This document shows, in pieces, positions 14,352 to 46,509 of a stretch of 64,000 nucleotides of DNA; positions within the stretch are counted from its first letter, which is position 1, and every line of letters starts with the position of its first letter. The position numbers and the translations under genes are program-made. Source of the DNA: Octopus vulgaris (lineage: Eukaryota); the NCBI GenBank assembly GCA_951406725.2, contig OX597825.1, positions 73,036,001 through 73,100,000 of the forward strand, read 5' to 3'. A model generated the notes under the pieces. The model was not told the origin of the DNA. It was given only the letters and a program-made list of their open reading frames with translations, and searched no databases.

Positions 14352-17300
14352 TACATTAGAGATGATACATTAGAAAAATGTACATCTAGATATACTTCTA
14401 AAAAGACTGGATGGTCAAATTTGGGACATCTGTAGTCATAGATCTGCATGGGTAGGAGTGACCTAGGGCTGAATAACAACAAAATGAGGCAATGAGAGAA
14501 TTAGTTTGCTAGAAATTGCAATCAAATACTCCTTTTAGAAAAAGATTAGCAGGACACATTAGGTAATGTAGTAGTAAATACAGGATGTCTGATAAAGAAG
14601 GCTGGAGGGATGGTCATAGTTGGAAAGTCTGTAATCATAGATCTGCTCAATGGGAGCTGATCACCTTGTAAGAATCATCATCATCTCTTTAAGAAATCTG
14701 TTGCTGTGTGGTTTCAGGTTCAGTCCCCCTGGGGTGACCAATACCTTGTGAGTGAATTTGGTTGATGGAAACTGTGTGGAAGCCTATTGTGTGTATGTGT
14801 TTGTGTTTGTCCTCATACTGTCACTGTTGGTTTGTTTATGTCTCTGTAACTTAGCAGTTCAAGAGAAAGCTATTGATAGAATAAGTACCACAATTTATGA
14901 CATATATAGGTGCAAGGGTTGATTTGTTTGATCAAACTCTTCGAAGTAGTACTCCAGCATGGCCACAGTCCAATGACTGAAGCTAGTAATAGATGAAACA
15001 TAAAAATGTAAAGAAGTAAAAATCTGCGAAGGTGGATGGTCATCTGGAAACATCTTATTCTATTATATTTTCAGTAAAAACCTACTTTGTACGGCTGAGG
15101 TCGAGAACCCTGTGGTCAGCTGTTCAGGTGTTTTGTCCCCTTTGTTTGAAGGGTTCTGTCAGCTTGCCTCCGACACCAAGGGCCGGGAACAGCTACTACA
15201 ACACGAAGCTTACGTCCCAGTTGGTCAGTATTTGTTACATGCTCTCAGTCGGTTTCCTGAGACAGACAGCAACATCCTGGTAAGTTCTTTTTGTTAATAT
15301 TATCTTTGAATAATAATATCCATCCCTCTTTTAAGTTAAGTTAAGTTAATTTTTTGGCTCAAAAAGCAATAAGGGGGACATGGAGTTATGTACAGGGAGG
15401 GTGTTCATGCAAAGAGTTCAGGCCGTTTCTGGTCAAGAGAGACTTTGAACTGAGCGGTCATCGGCATCTTCACTATCTTGTCCGGCAGCTTATCCTACGG
15501 ATCTGCAACCCAGACAGAGAAAGCCCCTCTCCTTCGATTGAGATGAAATCGTTGCAGATAGGGCTTTTTGAAGTGTGTAGCTCCTTGTCGGTAGTAATGA
15601 GATAAGTATTTTGTCTGCCGTTACGTTCTGAGTTGAAATTCCAATGAGGTCGACTTTGCCTTTCATCCTTTCGGGGTCGATAAATTAAGTACCAGTTACG
15701 CACTGGGGTCGATGTAATCGACTTAACCCGTTTGTCTGTTCTTGTTTGTCCACTCTGTGTTTAGCCCCTTGTAGGTAGTAAAGAGATAGGTATATTGTCC
15801 GTCATAATGCTCTGTGTTCAAATTCTGCCGAGGTCGAGAAATTAAGTACCAGTTGAGTACTGGGGATCTATTTAATCGACTTACCCCCTCCCCTGAAATT
15901 TAGTGCTTAAAGCAGTGGTTTTCAGCCATTTTAATATCCGCGCCAGACCCCAAATATGGAGTTTTTTTTTAGTGGGGCTGTACCAAAAAGAATAAAGAGA
16001 AGTCGATTATAGGGTCAATAAATTAAGTACCAGTTATGCACTGGGGTCTGTGTAATCAACTTAATCCCTTTGTCTGTCCTTGTTTGTCCCCTCTATGTTT
16101 AGCCCCTTGTGGGCAATAAAGAAATAAGAAACTGAAAGAAGCCCATTGCATGTGTGTGTGTGCGTGTACATGCACAAGCGTGTGTGTTACTTTCTCCTTA
16201 CTTTCATTTTGCATGATAGCTGTAGACGAGTGTCACCATTATGCACACCATGTCCTTCATTTCCAATTTTACCATGTAAGCATGTCTAACCATTGAGAAA
16301 TATTACTGTACTTGGAAATGAGTGAGGGTTGGCGGCAGGAAGGGCATCCAGTCATAGAAAATCCACTTAAACAAATTCCATACAGCCCGTGTAAGTATGG
16401 AAAAGTATGATGAGGAGGATGAAGATGATGAATAAATAGATCCAGATGTTCCTAACAGTTCTGACTTCTAAATATCCTGATATTATTGTTGTTATTTCCA
16501 GCTGTGTGTGGAGACACTTTCTGACCTTTTGCTTCAACTTACCGAGACAGACACATGTATTATTGACTCAGACTCTATATACGTTAGTTTATTCAACAGA
16601 ATCTCAGAAGTCCTTCACCAAACTGGTAAGCATTAGCAAATTTCTTGTCATTCTTGTCATAGTCTTGAGAAAAAATGAAATATTAATCACCATCTTTGAT
16701 GGTATGTTAGATGCACTTTTTACCCTTAAAAATTTCACGCAAAGTCACTTCAGGTTTTATATGCAAAATTAAGATTCCCATGGGTTTTAACTCTTTAGTA
16801 TTTAAACTGGTTATATCCAGCCCCATATATTCCACCTCTTTTATGTTCAAACTGGCCTGATTTGATCTCTCACATCTACCCTACAATGCCATTCTAAAAT
16901 ATACAATCACATCATTGTGGTCCAGCATGGCTGCAGTCCAATGACTGAAACAAGTAAAAGATAAGACACACAATAAAAGACACATGCATGTGTGTGTTGT
17001 GTTTGTGTTTATTTTAATTGTTATTCCTTCATGTTTCAGTTTTCAAAAGTGAATGTCTCAATGTAGTTGCTGTGATGTCCCTTCTTGGCCTGACACTATT
17101 CAATTCGCATCGCATAACAAGAGGTAAGCCATCTTCTTATCTAAACGCTCTACATGTTTCAGTCATTTTAACTATTGTCCAAGTCCACGGCACAACACAG
17201 GTGCTTTCGTGTGGCACCACATGGGTGCGTTTACGTCGCACCGTCACAAGTGCTTTTCACTGCCAGAGGGATCAGTCTTAACACTTCTGCTGCAGAGTAC

Positions 17301-19375
17301 GGATCTTCTTGAGTACAGCAAGGTGCGAGGTATCTCGGTCCTGTGTCATCTCACCTGAAAAGTTTAGCATCCTTGGTCAGTTTAGCATCCACTGAACCCG
17401 GAACCATGTGGTTCGTAAGCAAGCTACTTACCACACAGCCACTCCAAGCGATTCAATAACTTGAGTTTTTCCTCCTCTTGCATTACACTACAGTGTTTCT
17501 TTTGTTTTGCAGAAGTGGAAGAAGCGAAACAGAAGACGTTATTAAAGTCAACAATAACATTCCTAAGTAGGGCCCACCTTTTAGACTCTCAGCGGAACCG
17601 AAAAGAAAAAGTGCTGGTCATCAACGAAGAATACCAGGTTCATTGGGATTCTGTGTCAGGTTATTGGCTGTCAACAATGAAAGGTGATCATGATTTCCTC
17701 TTGAGAATTGTTCTGTGTTTTCTGAGTCATTGCTGCCATTTCTTTTGTCTACCCTCAGGCTGGACGGCCATGTATCTCTTTTACAACAACACATCTATTT
17801 CTGTCCGCATTCTCTCTCACTGGGTAACAAATATTTTTTTTTTTAATAATATTTTTGTTGTTTTTATAAAATCTCAGAAAACAATTTATTAAAAATTCAC
17901 ATTTTTTGTCAAATTCATCATCATCATCATCATCATCGTTTAACGTCCACTTTCCATGCTGGCATGGGTTGGACGGTTCAACTGGGGTCTGGGAAGCCAG
18001 AAGGCTGCACCAGGCCCAGTCTGATCTGGCAGTGTTTCTACAGCTGGATGCCCTTCCTAACGCCAACCACTCCATGAGTGTAGTGTGTGCTTTTTACATG
18101 CCACCGGCACATCCAACTGTAAAAATTTTAAATGTTTCACTAACTTTTTGTTATAACTTGGCAAAAGGGTCCATATTTTGCCAAAAATTGCTAAATTTGT
18201 TCCCACAGTCTTCTTTATCCACAACCGGAATCGTAAACTTTACAGTAAGACACCTGTTTCTGCTTCTCTGTCTCTCTCGACCTTTTCATCATCTGACACA
18301 TCACCTCCTCCAATGACCCCTCTCCTCTCAAAAGCATCTTTGTCTTGCTAGTTACTTGGTGACCCTGCCAATGTTGGTACCATGAAAAAGCATCCAGTCC
18401 TCACTGTAAAGTGGTTGGCATTTGGAAGGTCATCCAGCTCCCCAAAAAAAAACACCATGTCAAAATGGACACAGAAGTCCGGTGCAGGCTCCTGCCTGTC
18501 TGGTCAGCACCTGCCTGGTCAGCCCCTGTCAAACTGTCCAATCGATGCCAGCATTGGAAGGTGGACGTTAAACGATGATGATGATGATGGTGGTGGTAAA
18601 ATAACTAATTCTTCTGTATCGTCTTGATTTGACTCCTTTGCACTGTTGCTTCAAATGAAATGGCTGTCTATCTCTTCCAGTGCTGACCAAATGTATCCAG
18701 AGTCACCCACAGCTGACCACTACAGTGTTATTACAAACTGGCTGGGTCCCTCGATTGTTAAAACTACTTGTTGATGTCCAGAGTAAGTATCCTTCATTCA
18801 TTTCATTTGATGCAGTGTGTGTGTGTATAAGCGTATGAAAATAATGAGTCCTACAAAAAGTGTTTTGTTTCATCTGGATATTTCATTAAAAGCAATGTTT
18901 CTCAAAATTTTTTAATACGTATTAAAACATTCAGTCCTAACACAGTCCTTTCTTCAAGTGGTCTAACCACGTTCCTCTGAGCTGGTAGCCCCACGAGTAC
19001 CATGAGTAACTCTGAGTGAGTCATGGTGGTAGTATTGATATTTCACCACTTCCATGACAACCAATGTTATTTCTTATTTGAGTGTAAGTTTGAAAGGAGT
19101 TACAACCAGACGAAATCTCCCGGCTGTTTAAAAGTACAAATCTCTGATATCCAAGAGGTTAAAAGTGTCTGCAGAAGGGTACTCAGGAGTCATGACCTTG
19201 ATGCATCCAGCCCCTTTAGAGTGTAAGACATTAAGGACTGAAACACTTGCCTGATGGGGTTTCTACTCTGAAGACCTTCTGCTGTTCAACTCCCTTGAGA
19301 GTTTCTTATACTATATATGTTTGTGTGTGTGTGTGTGTGTTTTTGTATATGTATATACACATACACGTGTTTGTA

Positions 19376-19421
<46 letters not shown>

Positions 19422-21633
19422 TACAAACACATGCAGGAGCATTCAATTAATTAATTTTCTGAGAGCCTGAATTGAAACAGCTGTAAGGGATGTTTGTCAA
19501 TTTTTTAATAAATAAATAATAATTTATTAATTACCTTTCTATACGCCCATCTTACCTTATTTTATATATATATATATTAAAAAAATTGACAAACATCCCT
19601 TACAGCTGTTTCAATTCAGGCTCTCAGAAAATTAATTAATTGAATGCTCCTGCATGGCTGCAGTCAAGTGACTGAAACAAGTAAAAGAGTCCCTCCTTTC
19701 AACAAGATGCAACACTCTTTCTGTCTTTATTCCTTAGTTTCTCTTTCAATATAATTTTCTTCCTCCTCTTCTGCCTCTTGACTTCACTTTCTTCCTATCC
19801 TTCTCATCTTCAGTAATGCTGTTGTTGTCTTGAAAAACCATTTTGTTTTGCTTTCTTTTCCCTAGAGGCCAGTGTTCCTGTGGACTATAGCAGTGCCTAC
19901 CTGGACTTACTCTATGCCCTGATCATCACCAAGGAAGCTAGAACTGTGATAATCGATAACTGTGGAGCTGACGTGGCCAAGTAAGTTAACCCTTTCATTA
20001 CCATATTTATTTTGAGATGCTCTGTGTTTCTTTCAATTATTTTAGATGTAACAAAGAATTTAGTAAAATATCTTCGTTATCATTAAGCTAGTGTTAGGAA
20101 CATAAATTGTGACTAAGGTTTGGTGGAAGATTTTAATTCAAAATTTGTGAAAACAAGATATTTGTACTACAGAGCCAGAGCCGGTCTCAGCTGGATTGGT
20201 AATGAAAGGGTTAAACCCTAAAACTGTTCTCTTCATCTTGTTGTTGTTATGAAATGATGGATGATAATGAATAGCCAATACTTGATAATATATCACTGAT
20301 TTTTATCATGGGCGCAGGCATGGGTGTGTGGTTAAGAAGTTAGCTTCTCGAACATAGGGTACTGGGTTCATCCCTATTGTGTGACACCTCGGGCAAGTGT
20401 CTTCTATTATAGCCCTGGTCTGACCAAGGCCTTGTGAGTGGATTTTGAGTAATTTCATAAGTGGTAATAGCAAAACTAGTTTGTGATTAATCTATATTTT
20501 ATTTCTTTTCATTTGTCTTGCTCGCTTATGTTCTGGCGTGTGCTAAAATTTTCTTGAGAACAATCCTTTCTTAGTGGTAAGACCATAGCGGATCTACTTT
20601 TAGCATATGGATGTCCATGTAGCAGTCATCCCTACTTATATATATATAACGGAGTAGTTGGCGTTAGGAAGGGCATCCAGCCGTAGAAACATTGCCAGAT
20701 CAGACTGGGCCTGGTGCAGCCTTCTGGCTTCCCAGACCCCAGTTGAACCGTCCAACCCATGCTAGCATGGAAAGCTGATGCTAAATGATGATGATGATGA
20801 TATATATATATATATATACATACATACACAATGGGCTTCTTTCAGCAGTTTCCCTCTCCCAAATCCACTCACAAGAACCATGTACTTGGGGAATGAGCTT
20901 CTTACCATATGTACAAAATTTTATAATGGCTGTGCAATTAAGGAGTTTGCTTTGCAACCACATGGTTTCAAGTTCAGTCCCACTGTGTGGCACCATGAAC
21001 AAGTGTCTTCTTTTATAGCCCTGGGCCAACCAAAGCTTCGTGAGTGAGATTAGTAGATAGAAACAGAAAGGAATCTGCCATATGTATGTTTGTGTATATG
21101 CATTTATCACCCCCACTGCTTAACACTTGTGTTGGTGTATTTATGTCACTGTAACTTAGCTGTTCAGCAAAAGAGACAGATAGAATAAGTACCAGATTTA
21201 AAAAAAAAATAAGTATTGTGATTGATTTGTTTGGCTAAAACCCTTCAAGGGCTTGCCCCAGAATGGCCAAGTGCAGTTACTGAAACAAATAAAAGATAAG
21301 TTTTTTTTCTTTTTTGAAATTTTATAGTATTTTTTTCTTTTTAGAATATATTGCTTCTAAGTATCATCATCATCACTGTTTTACCATCCACTTTTCCTTC
21401 CTTGCATGAGTTAGAAGTTTATTGAAGTAGAGTTTTTTATGGGCAGATGTCCTTCCTCTTACCAGTCCCTACTTATATCCACATGGCTGGACGTTTATGA
21501 AATTTTGAAATATAATTTTTTCATGTGTGATGATATTATGAAATAATCTTTGAAATGCTGAAAACATTCTCCAATTTTTATTTGCAGGAAATTTAACCAT
21601 TCTGAATTGTGTGATGTTCTGTCTGTCACTTGA
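85..21633 (+). CDS. NCDN: Neurochondrin (armadillo-type repeat protein), 5'-partial, 16 coding exons in window
   Basis: Manually spliced exons give one continuous frame with consistent phases and GT-AG sites. Peptides such as VPEGCSNYIYKSLSLTILSSF, SMVDSCYDCLTAVCMTDKGR, DPLLQACIRLVGVWMKEDSEALCDEIHDLVP and EYQVHWDSVSGYW match recalled vertebrate NCDN segments ([68 protein letters not shown]) in order. Confidence 0.92.
1406..1470 (+). CDS. NCDN: NCDN exon b (KEDPRMLTSVPLIIDVLASCL)
   Basis: ttccag acceptor, gtaagt donor; phase 0 to 2. Confidence 0.85.
2688..2860 (+). CDS. NCDN: NCDN exon c (IEQTQDD...FKSMVDSCYDCLTAV...CYIHATY)
   Basis: cctgcag acceptor, gtatag donor; phase 2 to 1. Confidence 0.9.
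2894..4246 (+). mobile_element. Decayed mariner (Tc1/mariner) transposon with nested insertions
   Basis: TA-flanked TIRs of about 30 bp (CAAGGTGGTATCGAAAAGTTCCCAGACTAGT / ACTAGTCCGGGAACTCTTCGATACCACCTCA); remnants QRANGKFCVKLGKSAIET, FEWHGGFK, HPPYSPDLAPADFHLFPKMK; SINE at about 2980-3212 with duplicated flank. Confidence 0.9.
6717..6844 (+). CDS. NCDN: NCDN exon d (GNNRALAIIRQLIS...GENFSRSK)
   Basis: gtacag acceptor, gtaagt donor; phase 1 to 0. Confidence 0.88.
8121..8180 (+). CDS. NCDN: NCDN exon e (ELEKFHFCDILASVFTSVSK)
   Basis: ttttgcag acceptor, gtttgt donor; 60 nt. Confidence 0.85.
8982..9054 (+). pseudogene. Degenerate tRNA-like sequence
   Basis: 73 nt; A box TGGTCTAATGG, B box GGTTCAAATCC, CTGT/ACAG anticodon stem with 7-nt loop, T-run after; 3' half duplicated at about 8750-8790. 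Confidence 0.5.
9185..9263 (+). CDS. NCDN: NCDN exon f (DQIPAGNFSWQKNIPQGIMDLIKSRL)
   Basis: tgtttag acceptor, gtttgt donor; phase 0 to 1. Confidence 0.85.
10065..10234 (+). CDS. NCDN: NCDN exon g (QKQRESVLMLISVIVENLGPEF...LNSVEVGM...LGQ)
   Basis: tttgcag acceptor, gtaaat donor; phase 1 to 0. Confidence 0.88.
10681..10910 (+). repeat. Minisatellite: 10 x 23-bp GTAGGCATGGCTGTGTGGTAGGT
   Basis: Unit equals the 5' end of SINE family A, whose body follows directly. Confidence 0.92.
11913..12107 (+). CDS. NCDN: NCDN exon h (VREKSNQLSAYFSLIE...SLQSIQ)
   Basis: attctag acceptor, gtgtgt donor; 195 nt. Confidence 0.88.
14118..14233 (+). CDS. NCDN: NCDN exon i (ATDPLLQACIRLVGVWMKEDSEAL...MLLTF)
   Basis: attgcag acceptor, gtagaa donor; phase 0 to 2. 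Confidence 0.9.
15075..15279 (+). CDS. NCDN: NCDN exon j (KNLLCTAEV...LFEGFCQLASDTKGREQLL...SNIL)
   Basis: ttttcag acceptor, gtaagt donor; phase 2 to 0. Confidence 0.88.
16502..16625 (+). CDS. NCDN: NCDN exon k (LCVETLSDLLLQL...ISEVLHQT)
   Basis: tttccag acceptor, gtaagc donor; phase 0 to 1. Confidence 0.85.
17040..17123 (+). CDS. NCDN: NCDN exon l (FKSECLNVVAVMSLLGLTLFNSHRITR)
   Basis: gtttcag acceptor, gtaagc donor; phase 1 to 1. Confidence 0.87.
17513..17683 (+). CDS. NCDN: NCDN exon m (VEEAKQKTLLKSTITFLSRAH...HWDSVSGYWLSTMK)
   Basis: ttttgcag acceptor, gtgatc donor; phase 1 to 1. Confidence 0.88.
18681..18782 (+). CDS. NCDN: NCDN exon n (LTKCIQSHPQL...TGWVPRLLKLLVDVQ)
   Basis: cttccag acceptor, gtaagt donor; phase 1 to 1. 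Confidence 0.88.
19866..19980 (+). CDS. NCDN: NCDN exon o (ASVPVDYSSAYLDLLYAL...CGADVA)
   Basis: tccctag acceptor, gtaagt donor; phase 1 to 2. Confidence 0.87.
19990..20210. mobile_element. piggyBac-type MITE
   Basis: TTAA|CCCTTTCATTACC...GGTAATGAAAGGG|TTAA; further copies at 21942-22162 and about 22285-22441, fragment near 2135. Confidence 0.88.
21588..21633 (+). CDS. NCDN: NCDN terminal coding exon (KFNHSELCDVLSVT*)
   Basis: tttgcag acceptor, TGA at 21631-21633; length fits the recalled NCDN C-terminus. Confidence 0.82.
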
Positions 21634-21844
21634 AGACAATGGAATCGGCCCTATTAAATCATCACGGTCACTATAATCACCTGTTAATGAACATTTTGAT
21701 TTTGGTGGTGTCATTTAAAGATTTCTTCAAGTCTGTTGACTTTGCTTCTTTGGCAGAAAAGAAAACAAAACCACAGAGTTCCTTTGACTGACTGAGTACA
21801 AGAGGTCTGAAGAATTATTGTCACCTTCTTGTTCTCGTTTGATA

Positions 21845-21850
21845 AATAAA
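21845..21850 (+). terminator. Candidate NCDN polyadenylation signal AATAAA
   Basis: AATAAA about 210 nt after the stop, followed by a TGTCTGTCT U/GU-rich stretch. Confidence 0.6.
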
Positions 21851-24353
21851 AAATTAATTAAATGGTTAATGAAACTGTCTGTCTCTTTCATTATTAAAGA
21901 GGGTGGGTGTGAATGTTTTTTATATCCTCATCATCGTTTAACCCTTTCATTACTGTATTTATTTTGAGGTGCTCTGTGTTTCTTTCAATTAATTTTAAAT
22001 ATAACAAAGAATTTAGTAAAATCACTTAGTTATCATTAAGCTAGTGTTAGAAATATAAATTGTGGCTAAGGTTTGATGGAAGATTTTAATTCAAAACTTT
22101 TGAAAACAAGACATTTGTACTCGGAGCCAGAGCTGGTTTCAGCTGGGTTGGTAACGAAAGGGTCAAACGTTACTTCCCTGCTTTAAACCAAATCATCCTT
22201 TTGGCAATGAGCCAATGAGAAAGCCTGTACTCCAAGGCAAAATTTTGGTTACCTAGATGCAGCCGGGTTGGTGTCAAAAGGGTTGAATATAACAAAGAAT
22301 TTAGTAAAATATATTAGTTATCATTTAGGAACATAAATTGTGACTAAGGTTTGGTGGAAGATTTTAATTCAAAACTTATGAGAACAAGGCATTTGTACAA
22401 CAGAGCCAGAGCTGGTTTCAGCTGGGTTGGTAACGAAAGGGTTAATGTCTGTTAATGGGTTGCAGTTTGACCAGGGCTGGTAAGCTGAGGGTCTGCATGA
22501 GACTCCAGTCTGATTTGGCATGGTTTCTACAGCTGGATACCCTTACTAATTCTAACCACTCCAAGAATGTAATGGGTGCTTTTACATGCCTGTTGTATGA
22601 CCCCTAATCATTGTAATCATTTAGCATCCACTTTTCCATGCTTGCATGGATCGGACTGAGTTTATTTGAGGTACATTTATGGCTGGATGCCCTTCCTTAT
22701 GCCAACCCTCACTTTTTTTCTAAGCGTGGTAATATTTCTTCATGACCAGATATGTTCTCGGAGAATAGGGGAAATGAATGACTCTGCTTGTAGGACACTG
22801 ACACTCATTTACAACTTTCATGCAATGTGAAAAGAAGACACACAAACACATACATGCGTGCACACACTCATATATGCACACATACACACAGAACAAGCTT
22901 CTTTCAGTTTCTTATTTCTTTACTGCCCACAAGGGGCTAAACATAAAGGGGACAGTCAAAGGGATTAAGTCAATCACATCAACCCCAGTGCGTAACTGGT
23001 ACTTATTTAAGCGAACCCGAAAGGATGAAAGGCTAAGTCGACCTCGGTGGAATTTGAACTCAGAATGTAGCGGCAGACGAAATACCGCTAAGCATTTCGC
23101 CCAGCGTGCTAAAGAGTCTGTCAGCTCGACTTCTTTCAGTTTCTGCCTACCAAATCCACTCACTAGGTTTCGGTCAGTCCGAGACTATCGTAGAAAACAC
23201 TTGTCCAAAGAGCCTTGCAGTAAGACTGAACCCAGAACCATACATTTGGGAAGTGAACGTCTTACCACACAGCCCAGCTATGAATATGCATATCATATAT
23301 TTGCATATGCATACATTATATATGTGTGTGTGTGTGTGTGTGTGTTATCAGGGGTTGTTCTTTTATGTCACATGGATATATGTGTGTTAAGGGCCAAAGG
23401 AAATTAACATCGGAAAAAATTGGACTACATTTATTTATATTTGATATTTACCTTTGGGAAAGACAATGAGTGTGCCTGTATGAGGTTAAGTAACATGCTA
23501 GAAAAGGCTGTCACATCTCACCCAAATCACACATTGTCTTAAAATAGGAAGAACACAGTAGATAATGTAATCTCGCCATATGTGTAGACATGACATACAT
23601 GCTCAAGTGTGGCTCTCTGGTAACCATGTCGTTTTGAGTTTCATCTCATTGTGTGGCATCTTAGGCAAGTATTTTCTATAATCTACGGCTGACCAATTTC
23701 TTTTGTGTGAAATTGGTTTATGGAAATTGTACACAAACCTGTTATATATGTTGTATATGTTGGTGTGTGTGTGTATAAATTTATAAGGGAAAGATTCACA
23801 GTGACTTCAGAATTTTGGCTCATTCACTTTAATCAGACTGATCTACTATGGCTCTTTTTGATTTTGGTAAGTTTTGTTTTGTGTTTTTGGTAGGTGGACA
23901 GTGTGAAGATAAGATATGGTGTAAGTAAGTGGGAAATAGTCATGTAGGAAACGGGGAACTAAAGAGAATAGGGGAAAGCATGTGTTTGTAGGTTATGGGT
24001 TGATAGTAAAATAGGTGAAGAGATTTATTTTGGTTTGATGCAGGAATTTTATTATTGCTTAACATTCAGTCAGGTGTGAAAGTAAAGGTGTACATGTATA
24101 TATGATGGGCTGACATAGTTTCTATCTGTTGCTCACAAGTCATTGACTCACTCGATGCTATAATAGTTAAAGAAATTTGCCCAAGGTGTCACAAAGCAAA
24201 ATTCCATATCGAAATATTGAACTCTCAGAGAGGACAGGAAGTACTTTGGCATTCAAGTTAGTACAAACAGTAAAAGCTACAAAGTTACACAAAATAACAT
24301 ATACTAAAAAGCAAACAATACAATACTGCAGCATGTTTTGAAGTACAATGGTA

Positions 24354-24740
24354 TCTCTTCTCTCTATATATAAACGGCAGTTTGTCTGTGTGTGTTTCTG
24401 TGTGTCTGTTAGGTTGTACCCTCACCCTGACCATGGCTTTCAACCGATTCTGATGAAACTTGACACACACACAGCCCAATGTCATAATTCAAAACTAATG
24501 CAGAGAAAATTTTGAAAAGTTCCCCAGTTCTGAAAAAAATCGATAAATTCGACATGGGGTCGAGAATCAGAAACACAAACCACAGACTGTCTATGGGACG
24601 CAACTCGACCTTTTTAACTCTCAAAAAAATTTTACCATAATTTTCCCCCATTTTTTTGCTATTTTTTGGCTATAACTCTCTAAAAATGCTTTATAGTTAT
24701 TTCCCTTACAAACCCGAGCAACGCCGGGCGATACTGCTAG
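24354..24740 (+). mobile_element. Non-autonomous Helitron
   Basis: A|TC start, subterminal hairpin CCCGAGCAACGCCGGG, CTAG|T end. Confidence 0.8.
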
Positions 24741-25907
24741 TTACAGTATAAAAAGCAATTCAAGAAGAATGTCTGTTTATTGTGTTCAGAAGAATATCGT
24801 ATAATGTTGCATTTTTTTTATTATAGAAATATTACATCAATATTTCACAGATATTATATTGATACGATATCAATATTACACCTTTGTAACTTGCTTATGT
24901 TATAGGAATGTCTGATCATTGGTTGCTGGATTTGTGTTTACTGTCCTCAATCAAGTGGTTGACAGTTGTCTGGACTGGTGAGCTATGGTGGTAATGGTAT
25001 TTCCTCTTTCTGTATACTCTGGAAAGAGAAAATAACATTGTTATTGAGTGAGAGAGCAGTGCATACCATAATCTACCCATCATGACTACCCGTCTCATCA
25101 GGGTACATGCATCCCAACCATATGTGCGTGACATGGAAATATCATATCAAGGTAAACAGTGCATGGCTTTACAAATGGGGCCCCACTAGAATTTCCTTCG
25201 GTTCAAGTAGCTCATCCTGCTCAAAAGGTCCCTGAATAAAGTTTGTTTAAGGATATTGAACCAAACACCTATATTTACAGAGGTGAATTATTCAACCTCC
25301 AAAGAATTCCTCTCAACACATGGCTGTGATGCTCCCCCAACTACTTCTGCTCGTGATCAGAGATGAGATGCACATATTGTCAGCCATTAACGGACATGCT
25401 CGTTGTCGTTGTTGTTGTTGTTGTTGCTGTTGTTGTTGTTCTTCTATGTGTGCATATGTTTGTGTATCTGTGTTCGTCCCCCACCCCAACATCGCTTGAC
25501 AACTGATGCTGGTGTGTTTACGTCCCCATAACTTAGCAGTTCGGCAAAAGACACCGATAAAATAAGTACTAGGCTTACAAAGTCCTGGGGGCGATTTGCT
25601 CGACTAAAGGTGGTGCTCCAGCATGGCCACAGTCAAATGACTGAAACAAGTAAAAGAGTATATATGTATATATATATATATATATTGCCATGTTTCTCTG
25701 TCTTTCTTGCATCATGTATGTCATCTCTTTGATACCATGGTACCTTTCCACGTCTCTCTTTGAGACATTGTTACATTCCCCCCTCACCATTTGACATCTT
25801 GCTCTGTCAAACAGTTACCGAAAACTCCCTCACACCACAATTACTAAGTGATGGTCAGAAAGGTAAGCGTTGGTGTTTGTAAGTCATACAAATACTGCAA
25901 TACATAC

Positions 25908-45616
<19,709 letters not shown>

Positions 45617-45872
45617 TTCCAAATGTTACCACCTCTACTTTCTCTGCTGAATCAAACCTTCTTCACAGTCTTTCAACCAAATTGTTCAAAAGTTCTTCAT
45701 AACAACTAACTCATGCGGAAATTTTCTGCAACATTCATAGACTTTTTCTTTTCATTCCTTTGTTTATTTTAACTGCCTGACTTTTTTTCTCCTGTTTTAC
45801 ATTGTAGAGAAATAAAGGAAAAGAAAATGGTTTGGGTTTGTCAGAAATTTTTTAAAAAGCCCCAATTATATA

Positions 45873-46509
45873 TCTCTATATATATAAAACTGAGAATGTG
45901 TGTCTGTCTGTCTGTGTGTTTCCCTAAAACTTGAGAACTACACAACCAATTTCATTCAAATTTTACACATGCCTTACTTAGGGTCCATGTAGTTTCATGG
46001 GCAAAAAAAAATGTTCAACTTCTTGCCTAGGGCGAGCCCATAGCAATATCATATCTTCTCCACTATTTCAGTATTACGTGTTAAAAGTGAAACAAAAACG
46101 TTTCTCTATTTTATGTCAGATACTTTCACTTTAACAATAAAAAAAATAATAACAAGTGAATTATATGTAGTAAGTAATAATTAAAATCAAACTAAAGTAT
46201 AATATAATCGTAACATAACAAAAGTAAAAATAGCAATTGGTATAAAATTGTATCAATGATTTGAACTTGAATAAGTGGTTTAACATGAATGGGAATAAAT
46301 TAAAAATAAAATTAGCGTGCAGAAATGGAATAGTCCTACAATTCCAGTCTGTTATATATTTTGAGTATTGTTATCACTAGCGATATCAAGATATAACTTT
46401 GTATTTTGTATTTTATGTGTAGATGTATATATATAGATGTACATGTAATATGTACACATATATACATGCACTAGCATTATGACCCGGCAAAGACGGGTCA
46501 TAATGCTAG
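45873..46509 (+). mobile_element. Non-autonomous Helitron
   Basis: A|TCTCTATATATATAAAA start; 3' hairpin GACCCGGCAAAGACGGGTC, then CTAG. Confidence 0.72.

Noticed and set aside
18787-18795. GTATCCTTC as a U12-type donor
   Set aside because: Using it breaks the frame with the next exon; the U2 donor at 18783 keeps it.
19740-19830. Purine-rich - strand stretch as the LRRC23 last exon
   Set aside because: Weak AAG acceptor; better explained as the pyrimidine tract ahead of NCDN exon 19866.
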